Positions 23,990 to 35,400 of a stretch of DNA of 62,786 nucleotides are shown here, one piece after another. The notes beneath the pieces are model-generated. The model was not told where the DNA came from. It saw only the letters and a list, made by a program, of their open reading frames with translations, and did not search any database. The stretch covers positions 599,365,893 to 599,428,678 of the forward strand of contig NC_058132.1 of the NCBI RefSeq assembly GCF_016433145.1, in the 5' to 3' direction. Both the position numbers and the translations under genes were made by a program. Position 1 is the first letter of the stretch, and every line of letters begins with the position of its first letter. The stretch comes from Gracilinanus agilis. Taxonomy: Eukaryota.

Positions 23990-24450
23990 CACAAGTCTTC
24001 TACCACCCAAATAAAAATCCTTTCTTGTAATAAATGGTATAATCAAGCCATGCAGTTACTTGTTTGTATCTGAAAATGTATATCTCATTCTCCTCCTATA
24101 GTCTATAAGTTCTTTCAGATGTAGGAAACATGGTTTATTGTCAGTCTTCTTAAATGATGGTTGGTCTTTACATTAATCAGGGTTCCTAGTGTGTTTCAAA
24201 GCTGTTTTCCTTTGCAGTGTTGTGGTCGCTGTATAGATAATACTCCTAGTTCTTCATCCTTTACCCAGCATCAGTTCAGAGAATTCTTTCCAAGTCTCTT
24301 TAAATATGTATTTCTTTCCTCATTCCTTACAGATCATTAATTCTTAATCACATATCATTTGTTTAGCCATTTCCTGTTTGATGGATGCCTGCTTTGTCAC
24401 CAATTCTTTTCTGCTCCTGAAAGTACTACTAAAATACTTTTGTATATGCA
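23990..24450 (-). mobile_element. Older marsupial L1 3' UTR fragment
   Basis: ctttcttgtaataaat…tgaaaatgtatatctcattctcc…tttcaaagctgttttccttt…cagcatcagttcagagaattctttccaagt…catttgtttagccatttcctgtttgatgga. Confidence 0.7.
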
Positions 24451-25389
24451 TTAGGTTACTAGTAATTGTCAACTTATTTCTTATGAGTAAAGTGTGCTCA
24501 ACCTGATGCAGTCCCCATATGGACTTCAGAGCATATGCAAGTATTCCGACTCTTTCCTCCCTTTGCTGCATGTTGAAGATATGCCCTCTTTGATTTCCTG
24601 TAGAGCCAGAACATAGCATACAAATTAATAACTCCCAGAAGATCCACTAAACTCTATTTTCTGCTTGACTGTATTTGAATGGAGGCAAGCAGTGGTCATA
24701 GCCTTCAGGTAAAGAGACAGATGCAGGAGCCTACTCTCACCCACCTGGGTTGACATGAATCCATGAGAACATTACCCTGTTTTTGCTTCCATCTCTGTTG
24801 TTGCTTCAGTCTCTGATATGTCTATTCTTTCTTGACTCAAGTGGAGGAGAATTGGAGATAGAATAGATTAGACTTTGAGAACTTTTAAAGATTAGGAGAA
24901 AGAAGAAAAATAAAAATACAGGAGGGGTTGTGGGAAAAAAATGAATGCTCATGCACTGTTAGTGGAATTGCAAACTAATCCAACTATTCAAGAGAACAAT
25001 TTGGGAATGTTAATTGGTTAAATAAAACTGTAGTGCTAATCACTAGTTGATATTTAGGGGAACAGAATGTGAACTTAAGCTGATAGCAATAAAGAAAATT
25101 CCATAACTCCTTATTGTTATCCTTAGAACCCTGATGAAAAGTTACAGTTAGCTTTTCTCTGGAGAATACTGCCTCATCAGTATAAATGGGTAATAGGACA
25201 AAAGTTTATAAAAGCCACAAACACGGATCCTTTCCCTCTGTATTTGATCTCTTTGGAGGAAGAAGACATGGATAGCAGTAGCATTCCTAGAGCAAAACTC
25301 TGACTTTTGGGGGAATAGTTTCAAGTTGCTTTTTAGAATAGCTGGACTACTGCACAACTCTTGCATAATGCCATAAAAATAGCTGGTAT

Positions 25390-25620
25390 ATGTCATGCTT
25401 TAAGGCTTATGAATGTTTTATGTATATTAACTCATTGGACACATATAACAATCCTGTAAGATAAGTGCTATTATTATCCCAGTTTTACAGATGAAGAAAC
25501 TAAGGCAGATAGAGATTAAATGATCTGCCCAGGACCACTAAACTAGTAAGTACCTGAGGCAAGATTCATATTCAAGTCTTCCTGACTTAATGTTCAAAGG
25601 ACCACCTAGCTACCTGACCT
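25390..25620 (-). mobile_element. MIR SINE
   Basis: cataTaacaatcctgtaagataagtgctattattatcccagttttacagatgaagaaactaaggcagatagagattaaatgatctgcccagg…accacctagctacc. Confidence 0.85.
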
Positions 25621-25699
25621 CTCACATTTTTATAGATTTGTGGTAAAACTTCAGAGTTGTTTTATTTTCATTTCTCTTAAAATTATTGATTTGGAAGAT

Positions 25700-26220
25700 T
25701 CTTATATATGGTTGAATTTCTTCTTTTGAGAACTATTTAATCATACACTTTTATAATTTATGTATTGAAAACAACTCTGGTTTTTATATTTCTATCAGTT
25801 CCCTATGTCTTAGATATCAGGGCTTATCAAAGAAACATATTGCAAAGATGTTTCCCTAGTTCACTTTCCCTACTAATTAGTACTGTATTTATTAATTTTC
25901 CCCCAATTTAATGTAGTCAAAATTCTCTATTTTAACCCCTGTGATCTTCTCTGTCTCTTATCTGGTCAAGAACTCTTCTTCCATCCATTAGCCATTAAAG
26001 GTATTTGCTTCCATTCTTTTCTAATTTATTTAGAATATGACCTTTACATCTAGGTTATGTATCCCTTTGTAGTTTATTTTGGTATATAGTGTGAGATGTT
26101 GATTTAAACTTAATTTCTCCCAGACTGCTTTCCAATTTTCTTAGGAGTCTTTATCATATTATGAGTTCTTATCTTGACAGTTGGTATTCACAGGTTTGTC
26201 AAACATTATGATACTCTATT
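25700..26220 (-). mobile_element. L1 ORF2 3' fragment
   Basis: cttagatatcagggcttatcaaagaaacatattgcaaagatgtttccc…catctaggttatgtatccctttgtagtttattttggtatatagtgtgagatgttg…cagactgctttccaattttc…acaggtttgtcaaac. Confidence 0.75.
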
Positions 26221-27767
26221 CAAATCCATCTGGAATTATGTAGACATAATGTGTGTATACATAATCCAGTCTAGTTATCAGACTTCTAAACTACCAAATT
26301 GTTTAATGATATCTTTAGAACATAAAGAATATAAAATATGGCATATGTGTATATATGTATGTATAGGAAATTATAATGTTAAGGCAAATCATGCTGTTGA
26401 ATTGAATTGAAAGACTTAAAAATGGAAATTGAACAGGTAACTTTGTCATGTATTAGCTTTCTCCAAAAATTCTAGTAGCAGCCATAGCTATCCTAGTAGA
26501 CCTGGTGATTTCAGTGCAGGGACAGTAATCTTGGGTTACTCATAATGTTTTCCCTTTGGAATGTTTTCCTTTACTCCTATCACCATTGCAAAAGGAGTAC
26601 TTATTATGCTTATGCTACCATCTAGAAATTAGAGATGAGTAAAGTCAAGAAAACATGGCAGAGGTTAATACAGAGAGGTTAATCATAAGCAGATGGGAAT
26701 AATTAAAGACATTCAAATCCTAAGTGAAGTTCAGCTTGAGGTCTTAAAGGTTTGCCTAAACTAGAAATTTGACCAGGAAGAAGCCCTCTACCCTAAAGTG
26801 ACCTTATTTCAGATTGGCCAGCACTAAAAGAGCAGTCAAAGAAATGGGAGAGACTGTGAAGAAACACAGAAGACCCAGGGAGGAAGATTCAGCTCCTGCT
26901 TTATAAGGCCCTGCTGCATTATTATTATTACCTCAGCAGATGCTGGCAAAATATCTGCTCCTTTAAATTGGCTGGAAAAGCACCCTTTAAGGAGGTAGGG
27001 CCAAAGTTTAAAGCTGAGGCTTCAAAAGGTCTGGGTTCTAGCTGAAGTCTAGAAATGGCAATATGACTTTTTGCATTAACCGAAGAGTGTCAAGATTCAG
27101 AGATCTTTAGTAATCTGAAAAGTCCATGCCAAAACCCACCTTTTATATCTTTCTAGAGACCAGGGGATATTTGGGAAAGTGTATATTATGAATGATCTAT
27201 TTAGTAGACATCATCCTAGAAGGTGTTTTGCCATTTCTCCGGAAGGTATACTTGCTGATCCAGACAAGGAATGAGTTTTTTTAGGAGGAAAACTATATAT
27301 AATAGATTTCAGTTGTTTTTAATTGTAGAAATGGTACTTGCTTTGCAAACTGTGGACCTGTGTTCAAACTCTGCCTCTGACACCTTCTTCCTTTGTGAAC
27401 ATAAATCGAAATCACTCTGGACTTCAGTACTTTTATCTGAAAAATGAAGCAATCAGCTTGTATGTTGCACTCTAGACTCCAGATTTATGATCTAATGTGT
27501 ATGTTTTCTCCCATTTGGATATAACCCCCTTGAGAGAAAAGATGATTTCTCTTTTTGGCCTATTATTTAATATAAACTCAACAAAATCTTAATTAAATAG
27601 TAGCATGGGTATAACATGAGTAGGCATCTTTGATAGCTTGTGTGGGGTTGCTGTATAGAAGCTGTGAGTCTTAGATAAGAGTATGAAATGCTCATTAATG
27701 TCTTTTCACATCATCTTTTCCTTTTCTCCGGGGCTAGTTTCACAGTAGCAGATGGAAGACGTAATTA

Positions 27768-28034
27768 GGGGGCACAATGGATAGAGCATTGGGCTTAGAG
27801 TCTGAAAGACTAGCATTCAAATCTATCCTCTAATGTTTTAGAGCTACGTGACTCTGGGCAAGTCAGTTGACTTCTTTTGCCTCAGTTTCTTCATCTGTAA
27901 AATAGAGATAATAATAATAGCACCTCCTTCCCAGGTTTATTTTGAAGATTAAATGAGATGATAGTTGTAAAGAACTTAGCACAAGTGCCTGGAACATAGA
28001 AAATTCTATTTAAATGTTAGCCATTATTATTGTT
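27768..28034 (+). mobile_element. Near full-length MIR SINE
   Basis: ggcacaatggatagagcattggg…gtgactctgggcaagtca…gcctcagtttcttcatctgtaaaatagagataataat…aagattaaatgagat…cttagcacaagtgcctggaacatag…aaatgttagccattatt. Confidence 0.9.
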
Positions 28035-28404
28035 AAATATTGAGACCCTGGCTGGGAAATGTATTATCTGGCTCACTGCTTTTGCAAATAGCTTCTAAAA
28101 TATGTCATCTGGAATCCTTTGTAATATCTATAACCCTTCCCTCCCACCTTTTCTTACCTCTCTTGGTGCATGTGCACATACATACACACACAGCCTATAT
28201 CCTTATAGATAAACTTCTGAACACTGGAGAAAAATCACATTTTGCCATAAGCATTTAATGATTACTCATGAGAGATGAGATGTACTAAGTAAAAGGAAGG
28301 AATGCCTCTTTGCTTTATTTTGTCTTTAAATATCAGAAGGTTTGATCATAACAATCCTGTCTTTTACAGAAACACTTCTTAAGTGAAAAAAATATGAGCT
28401 ATCT

Positions 28405-28550
28405 CATAGGACCGTAGATTAGAGCTCAAAGACATCTTAGAGGTCATCTAGTCCATTCCTTCATTTCCCAGGTGAAGCAATTGTGGGCCGAATAATTAAT
28501 GACTTGCCCAAGGTCATAGCTATTCAGTATACTTGGGCTCTAGACCCCGT
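28405..28550 (-). mobile_element. MIR3-type SINE
   Basis: atcatagg-like start, agatt…aaagacatcttagaggtcatctagtcca…ggtgaagcaattgtgggcc…aatgacttgcccaaggtcatag. Confidence 0.75.
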
Positions 28551-30421
28551 ATTTCTTCTAAAATAAACCACTTTCTCCCCTAGAGATGGTCACAGAAGCA
28601 GGACAGATAATACTAGAGAATATAAACCTATCGTGAATGGGCTCTTCAGTCACAGAATTTCATCAATAAACCTTAGGCCTCCATCTGAATATAATAAATA
28701 TGGCAGGCCTGTTAATACCCAAATTTTTCAGTGATACACTGAACATTTATTAATTAAATACAGGAAGAATTATGAAAAACAGTCTAGGAAGCAAGTGACC
28801 CTTACTTTTGGATTAGAGTTTGAGTAACCTGCTGCATAATGCTACCATTGTTGCTGTACCATCATTGAACTTGGACAGTTCCTTTCCACCTGGTCTTCCC
28901 TCCATCTCTACTTGCCCACATACCACTTGCTTTAGTCACATCTGTAATTTTGACCCCTCTCCTGAATAAATCCGTGGTATATTTCTTTTAGACTCTTCTT
29001 GCTTATTAGCTGGATTCCATCCTGATTGATTCTTTCATATAATTCTACATAACAGGACAAAAGAGAAAAAAAAATACTCTACAGCTCTCTGGTTAGCTTC
29101 TTGATTGAAATGTACAATTATAAATTCACATTGCCTTTATTATTTTCATTATTTATTTAGACACTACAAAACTAATTTTCACAACAACCACTTTTTATTT
29201 TTTTTGTTTTGCTTGATGATATAATGGAAGTTAGAAATAATGGGAATCCAATCACTGCATTTAGGTAAATTAAGATAAATTTTATATTTTAATAGATATT
29301 TTCTAATTGCTTTATGGAAATTAAGATTACTTATATGCTTTTTAAGCATATTTTATGATTTTATTGAGAAATACATATTTCTAATTTACCTATACATTTT
29401 TTCTGTAAATTCACTATCATTAGTGAATAAATTCACTTTTTGGTTTCATCTGTCTCATCTATATTTATTAAATTTATAATATATTAAAATCATAATGAAT
29501 AAACCATATATACTTATGTGCTTCAAGATTGGCTTGGTTGGAGGCAATGGTGTATTTTATCTAACAAAATAATGGAATTATTTAGTGACTAATTTTTATT
29601 TTATTAAATAAATACTCCATCTCTAATCAGGCCACTCTTGACACACACTGGATATGTAACTGAATTTTAACAGAAACCAAATTTTGCAGACCACTATCTA
29701 CTAGACAAATATTTAGCATCATTATTGACAATTTTATTCCACTGTGTTTATGATGAGGCCATACTGTAAAGTAGAAAGAACATTGGATTTTCAATCAGAG
29801 AACTTGAGTATCCTTAGGTAAGTCAGTTAGCCCCTTTTATTCTCAGTGTACTCATGTGTAAAAGTAGGAATTAGATATGATCATCAGTAAGTTACTTAAA
29901 GAGCATGCTATGAATTGTAACAGGGAATGAATGGAGAAATTAATATTGTCCATTTTTGTCATGGTGCTTACAAAACCACATCTTCTATTCTGTCTTTTCT
30001 GCTTATTTTGGCTCTTACCTTTAGGTCAATTCTAATTTATCTGAAAGATTTTTTTAGATCTTAGTTTAATGACTTCAGACTTAACTTACATAACACTGGA
30101 AAATCAGGATAAGGGTTTTGAAAAAATTCTAGTTTATTAATCAAATTTGCTTTATTGATAGCATTTTTATTTTTTTTGCCCACAACTATTCTTGAGATAT
30201 TCTTTTCACATGAGTAGTTTTATGAATGTGTTATCATTAAGCATATTCTTTTGTAAGCAAAAGGCAGAACTTAAAAATAATACCCCTTTATATCACATCG
30301 AAAATATGAACAAGCATCCACCCAAATGGGCTCCTTTTATCTTTCTTGTCTGCTCAATTCTTATTAGTTGCAAAGATGCCCTGCATTAAACTGGTTTCAG
30401 CTGCTATTTATTTAGATTGCT

Positions 30422-30470
30422 TGAACTGGAGCTGAACTTGAACCCAATTAATAGCAACTGAACTTGAACA
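30422..30470 (-). promoter_or_regulatory. Candidate composite nuclear-receptor response element (DR5+DR0, then a second DR0; RARE-like)
   Basis: + strand TGAACT-GGAGC-TGAACT-TGAACC (30422-30444) and TGAACT-TGAACA (30459-30470). On the - strand the first reads GGTTCA AGTTCA n5 AGTTCA. Motif evidence only. Confidence 0.45.
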
Positions 30471-31357
30471 AACTAATGTGAAATCATTACAGGCTCAGCT
30501 CCCCGGTCCATTATCCCCGAAGAGATCATTCCGGAGTACTCCAGGTGCCTTTTCTATGCCAAATCTTGGTGTGATGCCTAATCGGAAAGTATCAGGAGGA
30601 TTGAGTTAAGTTGCATTGGTGTTAGCTCATTGCCATGTTTGTGATCACTCTTAGAGAAAAAAAAAAAAGAAATAGTGGTGGTCCCAGTGGGCAGGAATTA
30701 GATCTGATTCTTTCTTCTCAGTGCTATCTGGCATGTGGTTAACACTCATTAACAAGACACAGTATAAATCAAGAAATGTTTACATAAAGAATCCATCCAG
30801 CCCAGATTCCCACCTTAGAAAAAAAAAGAGCTTTGGAACTCTTATCTGTTTACCTCCCCAAGATTTCCTTACTTATTCAGATCTACGCCCTGGGATCCTT
30901 AGGGTGCTAACAGTAGGATCCTTCTCCAAGATAGGAGGTTTCTATCACCGTAGCTTCTGTTTTAAGGCTTTAAGAGAATGGCAGGGACTGTCTTGCTTTT
31001 GTTCTTGTATCTCCCTCGTAGCAAGTTTGTGTCACATAAGCAATACTTTATAATAACTTTAATTAATTAATTGCAAAGTATTTGACTCCTATTATCTCAG
31101 TGGCTTGCTGAATAAGGAAATTGAGGGGCTAACAAATTTTTGCAGCATCATAGAACAAGTTAATGTCTAAGGTTAGACGTGAACCTTACCTAAAGCCATG
31201 CCATGTAGTCTTTAGGTGCTGTTGAATCTGTTTGTAATACTCCAACCAACCAGTAACTGACCATGACAAAGAATATAATTCTCCCCAGTGCTATGTAATA
31301 GAAAGATTCCTGGACTGAGGTATCACTTAGTTTAGGAAAATCATTTAAACTGAGTCA

Positions 31358-31538
31358 TCTAGGTGCTCAATGGATTGAGAGCCAGTCTTAGAGATGGGAA
31401 GTCCTGGATTCAAATGTAGCCTCAGACACTTAGCTGGGTAATCTGACAAGTCATGGAACCCCCACTTCTTACCACTCTCCTGCCTTGGAACCAAAACACA
31501 GTATTGATTCTAAGACAGAAGCTAAAGGTTTACAAAAA
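31358..31538 (+). mobile_element. SINE1_Mdo-type SINE (older, long tail)
   Basis: ctaggtgctcaatggattgagagccag…ggattcaaatgtagcctcagacac…cttaccactctcctgccttggaaccaaaacacagtattgattctaagacagaagctaaaggttt. Confidence 0.85.
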
Positions 31539-32269
31539 TGATCTCTAACAATCCATCCCAGATTTTAATCCACAATACTAAAATAAGGAGACTGAGCTTT
31601 AAACTATAGCTCTGACACTTGATAAATCACCTAATTTTTTAGAAAAAAAATATATCTTTAAGGGGGGTAATAATAGTCACACTGTCTTGCCTCAAAGGAT
31701 AATTATAGGAGAGTCCCTTTCAATGGATAAAATAACATGCAAACATAATCTACTATTATTTCTATATACTGACTTTTAAAATAAAGTTGATATTGTTACA
31801 AAGTCAATTTTTATTCATTTATTTATATTAATATATCTCTACATAAAATAAATGCTTATTTTATATAATTTAAATTTATATTACATATTTTTATTGTTTT
31901 TAAATTTTAGTTAGTCTCCCTTCTTTAAGGAAGAGTTGATAGCCCTAGTCACTTAAGGGTTTATCCAGGATTTTCCTTTTCTTTCTAAACAGCAGGTTCA
32001 TTGTTTCAGTTCACATATTATGGTGCAGATTTATGCCAGGACCTCCAGGGTGTTAGGCCTGGAAAGTCTATTTGAATTCTGGTGTGGGAGATAGATTATT
32101 TTACTGTTGGTTGTTGTCCTCTTTTTTCATTCCTGGAAAACCAACCCAGATACCTTTGGTTTTTGTCTGCAAAAAATATAGAGTTCATTGTAGGGGTGTA
32201 TTTATTTAGGTGGGCTCATCAATTTATTTCTGAAACAGAAACAAGGTGAAAACAAATGGCAGGCTGAGA

Positions 32270-32415
32270 GTGACTTCCTTTGATGTGTCTGCAAGAGAGA
32301 CTGAGACCAGTAGCTTTGTGCAACTCTGCCTCATTTAAATCCAATTTATGCACAAGTCAAAAGTCCACAGCCTAATGCCATTTTGGTCCTCTTTGAGTAG
32401 AAAGGACAACAACAA
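32270..32415 (-). mobile_element. Marsupial RTE-associated SINE fragment
   Basis: gagactgagaccagtagctttgtgcaactctgcctcatttaaatccaattt…tggtcctctttgagtagaaaggacaacaacaac. Confidence 0.65.
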
Positions 32416-32934
32416 CAATATAATACAATCTACTTCTTGGACTCAATTGATATCAGACTGAATTCTTAGATATTTACGTTAACAACATATTAACATATGT
32501 GTACATATATTTATCTTAGGATATCTCTAAAGCATATTTTATTACACATAAGATAGACATATTATGCTCCAAAAGTTATTTTCACATGTCAGTGATAAAG
32601 GTAGTCTACCCAAAATTTATAGGGTTTTTACAATGGACACGATTTGCTTCCCATATAACTTTATGATTTGCCCATTATATTAACTAATTAAATTAGACAT
32701 TTCCTAAATTGGGTATGTAGGAAATCCTTCAAAGCACATCAAGAATTACACATGTAGGGGAAAAAAGAATTATACATGTAGGGAGAAAATAAATGCATCT
32801 GTTTGACAAAGAACCAAAAATGTCTTCATTTTTTGGATCATTATTATTTAGCTACTTTGGGGCAGTGAGCTATTGGGAGATATTTTTTGTTCATCTAAAA
32901 ACTACAATTCTCAGAATGCAGATGAAAGCATATG

Positions 32935-33188
32935 ATTTTTACTTGTTTATTTGGGTTTATGTTTTGGGGTTTGGGTTTTATAAGATTAATCACTTACAAA
33001 AATGAATAATATAGAAATATGTTTTGCATGATAACACATGTATAACCCAGATTGAATCACCTGCTAGCACTGAGAAGGGGAAGGGAAGGGAGGGAAGGAG
33101 ATAAGTTCAATCACATAACTTAGGAAAACTTGTGTGGAAGTTTATTACATGTAATTGGTTAAAAAATAGCAAAGTAAAAAAAATAAAA
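32935..33188 (+). mobile_element. L1 3' UTR end
   Basis: acaaaaatgaataatatagaaatatgttttgcatgataacacatgtataacccagattgaat…ggggaagggaagggaggg…gtttattacatgtaattgg, then an A-rich tail. Confidence 0.85.
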
Positions 33189-34039
33189 ACTACAATTCAG
33201 GTCATAAACTAATGTAAATTCAAGTCATGATATACTCTTTGGTAGCAAAAGCAAATAGTGATGAGTCAAAATCATCTGACTCCAATGAGGCACATTATCA
33301 AGAGTAATTCACAGCAGTCATTTCTTTGCTTTGCCTGGTCAGTGTCTTGAAGCCTGTGAATGGCACTGCCCAAAAGATACAGGTTTCCCTGTGGCATTGA
33401 CCATATGATATGTATAATGCCAACAGTCTGCTGTCAGCACAAGTCATGAACGAATTTTGTTTTTGAGGAACTCTTCCATCAAATTAGATATTTTACAGCA
33501 CCTACCATAGTGCCTAGAGATGCTGTTGTAAATGCTTATTCCATCTCCTCCTTCCACGACTCTCATTACAGTATGGGAAGACTTGCCCAGAGGAATATCT
33601 TCCCTTAACACATACAGATTACAATTCTTCTCTCTATCCTTTATCAGACAGTTTTTGAAAGCCTGTGTGGCTGAAAAATCCACCCCTAGATAACTCCGCC
33701 AAGTGTAATGAGTCTTTCTGCACTTTGCCAGGCAGGTTCTGAGACAGCAAACATATGACCTTCCCTGAAGTCTTTCCATGTCCATTGGACCTGCCAGCAC
33801 CTGTGTTTCAGCTGAGAGGTTGGGGTCACCATGGGGCCATTGGGAGCCACTGGACTCATGCTTCTGGGGAGGCATTCCTCTGCTTCAACACCTCCTTGAA
33901 AAGTAAATAACTGTCTTTTAGCAAGGAGAGGAAGACCTGTGTTGCTCTTGGATTGTTGAGAGAACATTTATAAAAGCTCCATGGAGTTCTTACAGGGATG
34001 CCCCCCCCCAGTTGTGAGTGCCCCCTGTCTCCTAGGATT

Positions 34040-34210
34040 ATTTTACATTCACTTCTCTGTTTGCTTATCTGTCGTTGTACCTGCCAATAAAACGTCAGCT
34101 CCTTGATGGCAGGAGCTATTTCATTTTTGGTTTGTATTCTCCAGCAGCTAGTATGGTGCCCTGTGTATAGTAAGAGCTCCATAAATGTTTGTTTAATTGG
34201 ATTGAGTTAA
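34040..34210 (+). mobile_element. L2 3' end
   Basis: cagctccttgatggcaggagctatttc…tgtattctccagcagctagtatggtgccc…tagtaagagctccataaatgtttgtttaattg. Confidence 0.75.
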
Positions 34211-34893
34211 TTCTTTTCATTCCTGAGAGTCAGCAACCTGGTATAAGTTATTGCCTCTGGTTGCATTCTTGAGTTGGGCCATTTTTGATGGGTCAGAAGC
34301 CTATATATGCCAGCTAGGTGGTCCAGCAGATAGAGCTCTGAGCCAGAAGTCAGGAAGACCTGAATTCAAATGTGGCTTCAGGCACTTACCCTAAAGCAGC
34401 TAAGTGGTTCAGTGAATATTAAGTCAGGCACATCCAAGTTCAAATCCAGTCATTTATCCTATGCTTCAGTTTTCTCAGGTATAAAATGGGGATAATAATA
34501 ATCCCTACCTCTCATGGTTGTTGTGAGGCTCTAATGAGATATTTTTGTTAAGTGCGTAGTAGTTACTTCATAAATACCAAATTCTTGTTTCCTTCCTTCC
34601 TTCAACTCTAGCTCATCTATGTTGTCCTTAGCACAATGATCCCCACAATTCACCTGAGCCTTGTGCTAATCATTTCAGTTAGCTTTCTCTGAGATTCCTA
34701 GTTCCTGTGTCCCAGGATTGGTCGCCCATCCATCCCCATCTACTCCGGCATTCTGGCTCAGATCCTGACCTGGCTTTTCTGCCCCAACTATAGAAATCCC
34801 ACCCTCTCAGATTCTATCTCAAAGGTGATCATGCCTACCTTACAGGCCATCTAATTCAGACCCCTGATTTTACATATAAGGAAACTGAGGCCA

Positions 34894-35087
34894 GGGCAGC
34901 TAGGTGAGGTCAGCGGACAGAGAGCCAGGAGGTCCTGGGTTCAAACCTGGCCTCAAACACTTCCTTGTTGCATAAGCCTGGGCAAGTCACTTAACCTCCT
35001 TCAAACAGCCTTTATCACTCTTATGCCTTGGAACCAATATATAGTATTGATTCTAAAATGGAAGGTAAGGGTTCAAAAAAAAAAAAA
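34894..35087 (+). mobile_element. SINE1_Mdo-type SINE nested in a minus-strand MIR (about 34845-34893 and 35088-35200)
   Basis: gggcagctaggtgaggtcagcggacagagagcc…gccttggaaccaatatatagtattgattctaaaatggaaggtaagggttc, then an A-tail. Degenerate TSD aaggaaactgaggcca / aaggaagccgaagtca. Confidence 0.85.
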
Positions 35088-35234
35088 AGGAAGCCGAAGT
35101 CAAGGAAGATTAAAGTACTTGCCCAAAGTCACAAGTAGAAAGTCTCATAGATCAAATTTCAACCCAATATCTCCTCATTCCAGAAACAAATATTCTTTCC
35201 ATTATTCCATTTGAACTTGAGTCCTAATGGCATA

Positions 35235-35400
35235 CAAGGAATGAGGCTGGGGTGTGATTTCACTGATATAGGGAAGTTCCAGATGAGAAATGCCTTCTAC
35301 CAATACTAGTTGGCATATTCTGTGCAATTTATGGTCTCAGAGTATTTCCTGAGGTCCCTGGAGATTAAGTGATTTGCCCAGGGTTACATGAATAGTATGG
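35235..35400 (-). mobile_element. Mar3-type marsupial CORE-SINE
   Basis: gtgatttcactgatatagggaagttccagatgagaaatgccttctaccaat…gagattaagtgatttgcccagggttac. Confidence 0.7.

Noticed and set aside
29811-29823. Perfect AG|GTAAGT recursive-site motif
   Set aside because: It lies inside a MIR3 fragment and lacks a real polypyrimidine tract.
29985-30030. Strong pyrimidine tract with TTTAG|GTCAAT
   Set aside because: The rebuilt donor GTCAAT would be very weak, and no matching downstream donor was evident.
33444-33875. 143-aa minus-strand ORF (MPPQKHESS…), the longest in the window
   Set aside because: No recognisable family or domain and no splice context. It overlaps two other ORFs in a locally GC-richer block, which fits chance. 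Not called a CDS without PhyloCSF or BLAST support.
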